Part shown: piece after piece, positions 53,050 to 64,000 of the stretch
How positions within the stretch are numbered: the stretch's first letter is position 1
Layout: the number at the start of each line of letters is the position of its first letter
DNA from: Eledone cirrhosa
Lineage: Eukaryota
Assembly (NCBI GenBank): GCA_964016885.1
Contig: OZ024740.1
Location: forward strand, 163,432,001 to 163,496,000
DNA length: 64,000 bases
Direction of reading: 5' to 3'
The notes under the pieces: model-generated
Databases searched by the model: none
What the model was told of the DNA's origin: nothing
Seen by the model: the letters and a program-made list of their open reading frames with translations, nothing else
Position numbers and translations under genes: made by a program

Positions 53050-53599
53050 CATAATAATGCCAGTCTTTAGTGTTTGCCAATTGGTAGTGTAGTGCTGGGT
53101 AATGAGACATCTAAAAACTGAGATGAAGTAATTGATCGTGATGTATTTGATGTTGAAGAAGATCTGAAAGAAATCAAGGTCAATGCAGTTGAGTTCGCGC
53201 GAAATTAGTCAAAAGGAAAACACTGCCCATATGTAATTCCCATTTCTGATAACTGGCAGACATTATAAGCATTCCAACTATTCTGTTCATGTTCAAGACG
53301 GTGATGGACTCATTTATCGATACCTCTATTCAAAATCAGGAATTCCTAAGTATGACACTAAGGAATAATTTCCTTCTGGCACTCAGAAGAGAAATCAGAT
53401 AGACGCATTCGACTCATTCTTGTTTGATATCTAAATGATATGTTTCACGCACCCGACTCGCAGTACAAAGTCATGCGGCTAAAATCGCCAAAATGGATAT
53501 AAACTACTTGGAGAACAAAGAGATGTTTATTCAGCTGGTCTTGTAATATTAAGGGATTCAGTGGATGGGTTTGTACCTAGGGAGCTAGTATATATATAT

Positions 53600-53725
53600 A
53601 TAGGAAAATGTTCAGGACCCCGACGGCAGAGCTCAAGCCATTTCGACGGCTATTTCTGGACTCCAAAGTATTGAGTACTCTGGTGCGTTATGGTCCACCT
53701 TTTCCTTACCACACTTCCTTCGTTA
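53600..53725. mobile_element. Short solo PLE pseudo-LTR fragment with inversion
   Basis: 53600-53662 matches 13431-13492 directly; about 53665-53725 matches 13354-13412 inverted; TA tracts on both sides. Confidence 0.8.
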
Positions 53726-54049
53726 TATATATAGTCGATTGACTTTCGTCAAATCGGACCGAGGAAAGAAAACTGTGCCATGTCAACATCGGTTGACTTT
53801 CCATCATTAACATAGAGAGAATAAGGCAAAGAGAAAAATATGATCCGTCGGAAATATTTTAGTAGTCATTTATTATTAGCATTATCTGTCTGCCATGAGA
53901 ACTCCCTCCACATGTGCGATGAGGGTATAGTCTAACTGATCTGATTATTACTTCTAATGGGTTTCATTTATCTTGATGGGGAAGTGGGGGTAATATTTCT
54001 ATAATATTTATATTCTAAAATACAACTTTATAGTGCAATACATTAGATA

Positions 54050-55300
54050 TATAAATCCAACAATTCATATTTATAAAACTTAAAACTGTTGAATTTGATG
54101 GGAATGTTTTTAAAAAGTTTTTAAACTGTTGAATGTCCATATATTTTGTTCCCGTATTTTTGACGGTTAGGAGAATAAGTTGACATTTGCAGTTTTTAGA
54201 GCATGGATTAGTGCTGAGACTGTCAATTCTGGCAAGTGTTGAAAATGAAATCTCATACATTGCAGCTGAACATGGCAATTTAGCCAAGATTGCCATGAGT
54301 TTGTATAAGTCTTAAAATGCCACTTTATGCAAATATTGCCCCAAGAATTGATGTCAACATTGGTGGTCAAATGTTTACAATAACTATTTATTCTTCTCAT
54401 TGAAACAGCTCAGGGATTTCAATTTTCAATCAAAAGGGGTTTCAAATGAAAAAATTAAGAAAATCTTCTGATATAATAGAATATTATGATTGCTTAAAGA
54501 TCTATTAAATGATCTTTAAAATGAACAAGGAATTGGTCATCTGCTCTATTGTTTCCAGTCAGCATTCATCAGTATAATGCATACCGGGCATGCGCATTCA
54601 CTTTGGTTTAGTAACACATTTTATATCAGCTTTTCTCAACACTTCCAATATTTTCTTTGCCATATCAAAAAGCGACATTTTACGTAACAAATGTCAATGG
54701 AAACATTCTCAGTCTTCTTTTAAAGTAATTACTAAAGAAAACCTGATACTTTTTTTAATTTTTTAATTACTACCGTAGTTTCCTCGAAATTCGATTTCAC
54801 TGAATAGCTAAAATTGTACTACTTTAACATTATATGTAGGGTAGTAACTGATCCGTTTAAGAAGATTTTGTATATATAAATGTTGATGCATGAAGATCAA
54901 ACGAACTGCAGAAATCATTCTCTCTTCATATGGACATAGCTACTATGACTTCAGCTTGCTTCATTCAGTGAAAAACCTTTGTTTGATGGACTTTTGCATG
55001 TTTTCTAACTAATGTTAAAGTACTTTCTTTTGAGCATTTACTATTAAAACCCTGCAAGGAAAACAGAAAGTAACATCTTTAATGACTGAATATTCTAGTC
55101 ATTTTCTTTTTAAATGATCATCCATTATTTTACTTTGGATATTGAATAACCGAGCAACAGTAGCAGAAGTGAAGTCTTTCATATTTGCTTCTGGTATCCT
55201 CATAGCTGCACTTGGATTTTAATCAACTTTGTATATTCTTGTTACAAGTTTATCTACAATCTAAATGGAAGAACATTGTTGTTGGATTTTGTTATGTTAA
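54050..55300 (-). mobile_element. Possible old hAT transposase relic
   Basis: AILAKLPCSAAMYEISFSTLARI resembles the hAT dimerisation motif P.SS..ERSFS; otherwise very decayed. Confidence 0.35.
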
Positions 55301-55499
55301 CTAAATGAATACATTTATATAACTATAAAATGTTAAGTTAAAATAATTTTTATTGTTTTACACACTTTAGCTCTTAACTTAATGTTAAATTACGTGAAAT
55401 ATACATAAATTATAAAGTCCATTATCATTATTTGAAAGAAAATGTACTATTTATATTTCATAAGTGTAATAATTGCAGGAGGTGGTGCAGTAATGCGCC

Positions 55500-55913
55500 A
55501 GCTTCAGCACTCGGTCATCAGACAAAGAAAAGTAGATGTAATAGCTAAACTCGATATCTTCAATTTGGTATTCGTGCCAACCATTACCTATGATTATGAG
55601 TCTTGGATAATGACCGAACGAATACAATCGCGAATACAAGCGACCGAAATGGGGTTCCCCAGAAGGATCATACTCGATAGAATACGTAACTCGGAGATCA
55701 GAGAGTCGCTCTATGTAGAGCCGCTACTTTTCCGAATTGAGAAATCTCAGCTCCGATAATATGGGCATATGTTTAGAATGCCTCAGAAAAGAATCGCTGG
55801 ACAGATCAAAATCAACCGACTGGAGATGGTTGCTTCTGACAGGACACGCTGGAAAGAGTGTTTGAGGACTCTGCACCCCCTCACAATCCTCTCAGGAATA
55901 AGTGGGCGAAGAA
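55500..55913 (+). mobile_element. RTE (Expander-like) 3' fragment
   Basis: AKLDIFNLVFVPTITYDYESWIMTERIQSRIQATEMGF..RNSEIRESLYVEPLLFRIEKSQLR. Confidence 0.85.
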
Positions 55914-55914
55914 G

Positions 55915-55957
<43 letters not shown>

Positions 55958-57082
55958 ATTAGTGCAGGCATATTGTGCAGGCACCTTCGGACTCACACCG
56001 CCACATGATCGGGTTGGGTCAAAGCCTCAAATGCGTTGTCTCATACAAATACTGTGTGCACCATCTACGCAGCGGTGCGTGGGAAGACGGATGAGTATAT
56101 GCCTCCGGTGTGGGAGCGCGCGAGTGCATGCATGTATGTGTGTCCACACAGACGTGCATGAGCACGGATGTGCGCATGCCTGTGTCGATGTATTTTTCTG
56201 AGTATGTCTGCGTGGGGGTACGGATGACTTTCCATGGATTTTTCTTTTCTCATCTGTCTATATATGTGCGGTGTCTTGGCTATGCGCGCTCCTCTGAGTC
56301 CAGTGTGTGAGTGTAGAATTGGGTGTATTCGTTGTAAACACCTTTGATATAGCCCTTCTGTTTGAAAGGCTGTTGAAAGCTTTCTTTTAAAAACGTTTTT
56401 AAAAACGTTCTTAATACAGGTTTTTTCGTTTTCTTTTTCTTTTTTAAATAAGTATGACGGAGTGTATCCTAAGGCTATGTCCTACAAATGTTATGCTAAA
56501 CATCCCTATGATGTTTTTTTTTTAATTCTCGCAAAACATTATTTATGATGAATGCCGCATACAGCATAATTGCGGGTGTGTACCTGACCGGTGTAGACTA
56601 AGGCGCCTAGGAGCAATGAAGACGTCGAAGTGATGCCAGCCGTTCAAGATTACAGCCCCTCTCCCACCACAGTAGTAATTCTGATACATGAAGAAATCTG
56701 ATTGACATGTGGGGAACGAGAAGAATAAAAAAAGTGAGCAATCATGAGTGGCTAGAATTACCGATGACGTGTACAATTCTTGACCACTCATAGAATGACA
56801 ACAGGAATGAAATCAACAAAGAAATTCGATGTTAAAGGACATTAGGAAAATCTGCTTCGTAGAATCGTGACGTATCCGACGACCGTGCGATTTCAGAGTC
56901 AGGTTTGATCACCATATCGATCGTGCCTCGAGGTGGTCGCCCGAGAAAGAATTGTAATATGTCCAATAAATTCCTTTCGTCGCAACAATGATTCTCTTTT
57001 TTCTGTGATATCATACTCTGCACTACGAGGGTATTGAGTGCTCATACGGCCTACCGCATACGGACGCTTTACGCATCCAACA

Positions 57083-57154
<72 letters not shown>

Positions 57155-57171
57155 GTATAATAAACAATACA

Positions 57172-57249
57172 ATATGATTACCTCATTACCAGAGGTTTCC
57201 CGAATAAGACGAATACAAAAGACGTTCTTATTCGTTCATCGGACAAGGC
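57172..57249 (-). ncRNA. Hammerhead motif with CCGATGA core
   Basis: CCGATGA-ACGAATAAGA..TCTTATTCGG-GAAA-CCTC..GAGG-TA; 9-bp stem II; stem III ACCTC/GAGGT; GUA; stem I weak; between (TA)n tracts. Confidence 0.55.
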
Positions 57250-57278
57250 AATTTAAAACATCTATATATTATAGACAG

Positions 57279-57363
<85 letters not shown>

Positions 57364-58873
57364 TGTGCGATGTGTGTGTACTGAATGTTTTAAATATATT
57401 TTCTAAATTTGAGAATACATACAATTTATTTCTTGTTTTCTTCTGTAATCTAATAAGAAAATTAGCTAGTTTTATAATCCGACAGTTGTTTCTTTACTAT
57501 TATTATCAAACTTCAATTAATTAAATTACCGTGACAGAATATGAAATTATAATTCAACATTGATTTAACAATTAGAAAGTTAAAATGTACGTTGCATTGT
57601 TAAGGTCATAATATTGGTTTTCACTCTTACTAAAAGAATTTTTTCATCACATAATGCTTAGCCATAAAATGTTACTACGTTATTCAAATATTGATTACCA
57701 TTGATTAGGCGCAAGGCCAATATCAAAGTGGCGGGCATACAATCAATCGATGTAACCACCACCTGTTTATTATTGGTACTTATTTATCGATAGAGAAGCA
57801 GTGTAATGTACAGCTGATTCCGTCAGAATATGAACTTTAAATACAACAAAAAAATAATAATAATACATTCAGTCTGTCGTTTTACTACTGAGCCAAATCC
57901 TCTCTTCTCGACATTATTAAAATGTGAAAAAAAAAACTGTTTTCCTAAAATAAGATCAAATTAGATTATTAGAATCCTAGCCTCTAAAAATAAGCTGCAC
58001 TTGAAGCCCAAATTATCATGCACAATTGCCACTGAACGTAGTTAGCAATCTATGTTTGAAATTATTAGGTTACTTGTTAACAGAAATGTTGTATAGCATT
58101 AAATTTTTTCTAATGGATTCTCGTTAGTCTTACTTCTTTTAAAGTAACATACATAATCGTACAGAAAAGGATTGCTATGAGTGATGTATATAAGCAAAAT
58201 ATTCAATTAAGTTCATACATAAAAACAGATTTTATTTCACTCGGTACATCTTAGGATTAAACTTCAAATTTCTATACGGAAAGACTAAATATGTCATTTA
58301 TTTATTAAATATATACATTTCAAACAGTTCTAATACTTCTCTTCAATGAAATAAAAAAAAAAAATCTCAGCTACTTTGCACAATACCCCTCAAATACATA
58401 TCACTTATGAATTAGTCAAAATTATTCTTAGTCTATTGTCAAACAAATTATCAGAACTATTCTGTAGTCGAAAATATAAATGATATAGTCGACCTCCTGT
58501 CTCTATCTAGATACTACTTATTCCAAGTGGTGGTAGTTATTCTGTGATAGATGCCAGTATATATGTGACACAAGGTTGGTATTGAAGTGCAGCATGCTAG
58601 CATTAAATTGATTTACAAAAATCTCTCAAAATCAACATACTATCGATTAAATAGTTATCATCTCCGGACGAGAAATACATGGTACTTGACTTTAATTCTG
58701 TGGAATGGCTAACAGACTACATCTTTACTCAAGTGGAAATCCTGTTGAGCTGAGTTAATCCAGCCTGTTATTTCTATAGTTATACTGGCATGAACGTTCC
58801 TTTTATCAATACAAACAGATCACTGTATGTATGTATGTATGTATGTATGTATGTATGTATGTATGTATGTATG

Positions 58874-58907
<34 letters not shown>

Positions 58908-58947
58908 TGTATGTATGTATGTATGTATATATGTATGTATGTACGTA

Positions 58948-59341
58948 TGTTCTTCTGGTTTTATAATTTCACAAAGTTTTACCAATAGAGAGAGAGTCGG
59001 TTTCTAACATAGACACAAGACTCTCTCATTGGAATTTACACAACATCAACTAGGTAGATATGTATGTATGTATGTCTGCATGTGTAGATATGGATGTTAT
59101 TGTATGTGTGGATGTGGATGTTTTGAGTTGTATGTGTGCATGTGTATATGCTTTGTATCTGTACATGTGTATATGCAGTTATTAGATGCAAAATCTTTGG
59201 AATGTTTTACATATTTTTACTGTTCTATTAATGGATTGTACTTGTAATTTCCTAACTAGTTGTGTTCTTTCTGTTCCTGTGAAGCCTAGCTTCTCAAGAT
59301 TTGTATTGAGACAGTTACTAACATACCCCAGTGCCCCAATG
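58948..59341 (-). mobile_element. 5'-truncated copy of the R4/Dong-like element
   Basis: Matches 60471-60821 (IGALGYVSNCL..KICK plus 3' UTR); (TATG)n on both sides. Confidence 0.9.
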
Positions 59342-59442
59342 CTTGTATGTATGTATGTATGTATGTATGTATGTATGTATGTATGTATGTATGTATGTAT
59401 GTATGTATGTATGTATGTATGTACGTACGTATGCATGTATGT

Positions 59443-60042
59443 CAGGTCACCACTTAGTGCTACTGGTAACATGTATCCCAGTACAACCTGTCTCATGGTC
59501 GGGTCGTTGGCGACTAAACTGGCAACCCCACCAAGGTTTCTTGGTGAGGAGGGTGACTTTGGACATCCTGCAAGACTAAAATCAAAACATGTCAAAGGGC
59601 AGAGGAGCTCTTAAGAGTCAATGGCCATCCAAAATCACCGGGAGAGATGACTCCTTAGCCTTTGTCAAGGCAGAATTCTAGGAGAAGGAAAACTCTGATA
59701 TAACACCTGCAACCCTGATGGTATCCAATGATGTTGATTTGTTCTTCTTTTTGGTAAATATCATCTTGGTTAAGAGAGTGGGACTGGCTTTGTGCAGTGC
59801 CTTTGCTCACTATAAAAGCTTCACGGCACAGGCATTGCTTTGTATCTGGAGATTCTCTGCACTTACGACACATGGTACCATGTACACTATGTCTCAATAA
59901 TTGTCACAAGTGTAGTGTTTGTGCCAGAGTTTTCAAGTCGCTGGCTGGACTAAAAAGTCACACTCGTTCAGCGCATCGGTAGGGGTTCTCCTACATGGAT
60001 ATAAAGTAGTAGCCGTACTCTAAAACGAGTTGGCAGCCACCA
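59443..60042 (+). mobile_element. RTE-derived non-autonomous element (5' UTR joined to 3' end)
   Basis: Structured 5' module, CTAGGAGAAGGAAAACTCTG motif, terminal C2H2 finger remnant HKCSVCARVFKSLAGLKSHTRSAH, RTE-like tail ..CGAGTTGGCAGCCACCATG(TATG)n; 3' part repeated at 60126-60362. Confidence 0.75.
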
Positions 60043-60378
60043 TGTATGTATGTATGTATGTATGTATGTATGTATGTATGTATGTATGTATGTATGTATG
60101 TATGTATGTATGTATGTATGTATATGGGACTGGCTTTGCTCACTATAAAAGCTTCACGGCACAGGCATTGCTTTATATCTGGAGATCTCTCTGCACTTGT
60201 CGTCACATGATACCATGGGCCCAACCCTATGTGTCTGTTTGTACCAGAGTTTTCAAGTCGCTGGCTGGACTAAAAGGTCACACTCGTTCAGCGCATCGGT
60301 AGGAGTTTTCCTACATGGATATAAAGTAGTGGCCGGACTCGAAAACGAGTTGGCAGCCACCATGTATGTATGTATGTA

Positions 60379-60410
<32 letters not shown>

Positions 60411-60470
60411 CGTACGTATGGATGTATGCATGTATGTATGTATGTATGTATGTATGTATGTATGTATGTA

Positions 60471-63400
60471 TGTTCTTCTGGTTTTATAATTTCACAAAGT
60501 TTTACCAATAGAGAGAGTCGGTTCTAACATAGACAAGACTCTCTCATTGGAATTTACACATCTGTAGATATGGATGTTATTGTATGCGTGGATGTGGATG
60601 TTTTGAGTTGTATGTGTGCATGTGTATATACTTTGCATCTGTACATGTGTATATGCAGTTATTAGATGCAACATTTTTGGAATCTCTTACATATTTTTAC
60701 TGTTCCATTAACGGATTGTACTTGTAATTTCCTAACTAGTTGTGTTCGTTCTGTTCCTGTGAAGCCTAGCTTCTCAATATTTGTATTGAGACAGTTACTA
60801 ACATACCCCAGTGCCCCAATAATCACAGGCATAAATCTGAAGGTGTAATCAGGGTGGAGTATCTGCAGATTTCTCATCAGTTCTGCATAAATATTCTCCT
60901 TTTCACTAATCTTGGATATTATATCGGCATCTGCTGGGCAGCTAACTTCCACTACTGTACATGCTTTCTTCTCCCTGTCCCATATCATAATATCTGGTCT
61001 GTTATGCCTGCATTTTATTGGGGTTTTTACTGGAACATTCCACCGGTATTCTTTCATATTATGTACATGGATGTCTTCCACATTGCTGTAGCTTTTAATG
61101 TGTTTATTATCGGGGCTATCTTTTTTACGAACTGTATTGTACAGTGTTTTGGCCACTACATCATGCCTCATAGGTAGATAGTACCGCGATGACATCTTTG
61201 GACAGCTGCTGATGACATGGGTGATATCCTCGATGTTAGTTCTGCAGAGTCTGTACTTGTTATCACATCTAGGTGTTTTGCCTGCATCTCTATCTCTTTT
61301 GTGAATCAGGTATTTCGTGTTAATCTCCTGTTCTTGGATTTCAAAAGCGTATCCTTCAAAGTGGGAGCCAATATAGCGGTTGTTGGTCCAAGATAGACTA
61401 CTTTCCTTATCTATATTACTCTCACTCTGGAGCTTCCTGGCAACATATCCATGCATGAATTTTTGCTGATGTTCTCGGAGAGATATGATGCGACATTCAT
61501 ATGTTGTCTGGACTGATGTTAGGCCTCTGCCTCCCTGCTTACGTTTCAAGTAAAGGCGGTTTATGTCACTGTTGATGTGGAGGTTTCCGGTGTTGTTTAG
61601 TATTTTTTGAGTTCCAACATCAACTGCTCGGATTTCGTCTATTGTCCAATTGAGTATTCCAAACGTTGGTGTTAGGACAGGCACAGCAAACACATTGTGA
61701 GCCACTGTTTTGTTTTGCGTAGAGATTTCAGATGAGCAGATCTTTCTTAATCGGGTGTAGTATTCCCTGGTTACACGTTCTTTATTACAGATACCATTAT
61801 AGGATATGTTCTCATCTATCCCCAGGTATCTGTAGCAGTCCTCATCAGATATCGGTGAAACAGTTAGGCCATTGATGAAAATGTTGCTAGATTGGGTTCC
61901 CGCTTTACAGTCATGTATGAGCATTTATCTTGGCCAAACTCCATTCCTATATCTTTTGAGAACGTTGTAACCAGGTCAAGATTTTTCTTCATCCCATCCA
62001 TGTTCTTGGCATAGAGTTTCAGATCGTCCACAAAGAAGTTATGGGTTAGGTTCGTATTTCTGTCCTCCTGTGAGCCAATGATGTATCCCTCACATTTCTT
62101 GAGCAGAAAGGACAAGGGGTTTAATGACAAGATGAATAATATCACAGAGAGACTGTCCCCCTTAAATATACCTCTGCGATATTTTATTTTATCAGTGAAA
62201 ATAGAGTCCTCCCTCTCTGTCTTTAACCTTAGGATAGTAGCCCAAGAAGAAGACAGCCTCTCTATGTCTCTGACAATAATGTCTGGGACTTTAGCAAGTT
62301 GGAGGGCCTCTATCATCCAAGAGTGGGGAACAGAATCGAAAGCTTTCCTGTAGTCCAGCCAGACTGTAGCCATATTCCTCCTAAGTTGTCGCACCTCCGA
62401 CATCGCAGTTTTGTTGATTAGGAGTTGTTCAGCACATCCCCAAACCCCTTTCTTTCCAGCTGCTTGTTCATCTGTGATGAAGTTATTATTTTCACAGTGA
62501 TCTTGGGGGAATAGGTTCAGGCAGGCTGTATACATCTTATACATCAGGTTCTGGCATGCAATGGGTCGGTAGTTTTTTGCCAAGTAGGTGTCTTTGTTCT
62601 TGGGGACCAGTAATGTTTGTGCTAATGTCAACCATTCTGGTATAAGTGTATCTCCCTTAAGAACTTGTTGGTAGAGGTCAGTAAGATACCTCCGATAGAA
62701 TATCAGTTTTTTGTACCAGTATCCGACAATCATGTCTCTTCCTGGTGTATTCTTATCTTGGAGTTTTCCTATCACAGTCTCAAGAGTACCCTCACTTATT
62801 TCGTATGTTTTTTGTTGTAGTGTCGGGGCAATAGTTCTTTTGGATTTCTCTTAGCCACACTGCATCTTGGTTGAAATTCTTCTTTTCACCCCATATTTTG
62901 CTCCAAAAGGAATCCATTTCTTTCTGGGATGGGGCCTCAGTGACACTTATTATTTTGCCCTTCATATCTCTATAGACTAATGTTTGGTTTCGTCTGAATC
63001 TTTTATTAAGCACTTTTCTCTCATCTACCTTCTTCAGGTATCGGCGTTTTTCGCTAACAGCTCTCAATTCTTGTTTGAGGGTGATCAGCTTATATTGGAG
63101 AGTTCTGGTTCTACTGTTACCAAACATCGTCTCTATTTTATTTTTCACTCTTTTCACTCTGAGGAGTGAGGTTTTTTTTAGTTTGTTTGCATATAAGGAG
63201 CATTGTCACATATCCTATGTTTTTTCGTAGGTCAGCAATCTTTTTTTCTATTTTAGTTATATATGATGGTATTTTTGGTGGTGTTCTGTTCTTGTTAATA
63301 TCTCTGCTATCACCAAGATAATGCTTCACTGTCGTTGCTAAGATATATAAACAGGCGTTGATTTTCCAAAATGTTGGGGTTTTTATCCGTCGTAAATATT

Positions 63401-63760
63401 CATCCCCTATTTTGTCAATAACACGTAATATTTCATTATTTGGTTTTTTATTAAACATTGTCGTTTTAATACGTTCAGCAAGAGAGATATTTATACATGA
63501 GTTAATTTCTCTCTGGAAGATTTCGTTGAGGGAAAATTTCAATTGTTTATACTTTTGATTATTATCATTATCGATAGTATTTTCCACAATAGTCGAGGTA
63601 GACTCGGATGGTACACGTGGTGTCAAATTTCTTCGATTATTATTATTATTTCTTCGATTATTATTATTATCGATAGTGTTTTCCCCAGCATTCGAGGTAG
63701 CTTAGATGGTACAGGTGGTGTCAAGTTTCTTACAGGCATAGTTGTTTCAAGGCGCTATAT
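60471..63760 (-). mobile_element. R4/Dong-clade non-LTR retrotransposon (RT, zinc knuckle, restriction-like endonuclease), frameshifted
   Basis: NYRPIAC, WLDYRKAFDSVPH, GIFKGDSLS, FFVDDLKLYA, YRYLGI; RLC..THVISSC, RHD, RPDIMIWD..VEVSCP..K; flanked by (TATG)n. Confidence 0.9.
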
Positions 63761-63825
63761 GTATTATGTATGTATGTATGTATGTATGTATGTATGTATG
63801 TATGTATGTATGTATGTATGTGTGT

Positions 63826-64000
63826 GTTCTTCTGGTTTTATAATTTCACAAATGTTTGCCAATAGACAGAGTCGGTTTCTAACATAGATACAAGACTCTC
63901 TCATTGGAATTTACACATCAACTAGGTAGATATGTCTGCATGTCTGCATGTATGCATGTATGCATGTATGCATGTATGTGCAGATATGGGTTGTTGAATG
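63826..64000 (-). mobile_element. 3' UTR of a further tandem copy of the R4/Dong-like element
   Basis: GTTCTTCTGGTTTTATAATTTCACAAA..GACTCTCTCATTGGAATTTACAC as at 58948 and 60471; runs off the window edge. Confidence 0.85.

Noticed and set aside
58975-59035. Hammerhead in the R4 3' UTR (CCAATGA..GAAACCGA..TTGGTA, minus strand)
   Set aside because: Two core mismatches in all three copies, no stem II, and a stronger alternative hairpin CCAAT-GAGAGAGTC/GACTCTCTC-ATTGG.
59797-59982. Host C2H2 zinc-finger gene
   Set aside because: A single finger immediately before an RTE-type 3' tail and duplicated with it; it is part of the retroelement.

Overview
AT-rich, microsatellite-dense eukaryotic (animal) DNA. 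The repeat content resembles a cephalopod/octopus genome (inference from memory, not searched). No host protein-coding gene can be supported; nearly all real ORFs are broken transposon ORFs: two Penelope-like elements (RT plus GIY-YIG), a RepHel Helitron with both termini plus two non-autonomous Helitrons, several RTE LINEs and RTE-derived short elements, R4/Dong-like RLE retrotransposons stacked in (TATG)n, a CRE fragment, tRNA-type SINEs with clear TSDs and hAT-like MITEs. The most striking signal is non-coding. About 20 hammerhead-ribozyme (HHR) motifs from roughly 10 sequence families occur, including non-canonical cores (U3-A8, CAGANGA, CCGANGA, U10.1-U11.1). A very young 2.1-kb array of a 311-bp, hairpin-rich, HHR-containing monomer (retrozyme-like) has the geometry of a twin-primed insertion of a multimeric cDNA into (TA)n, which suggests a circular RNA template. 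All structures were paired by eye and have not been computed or tested.
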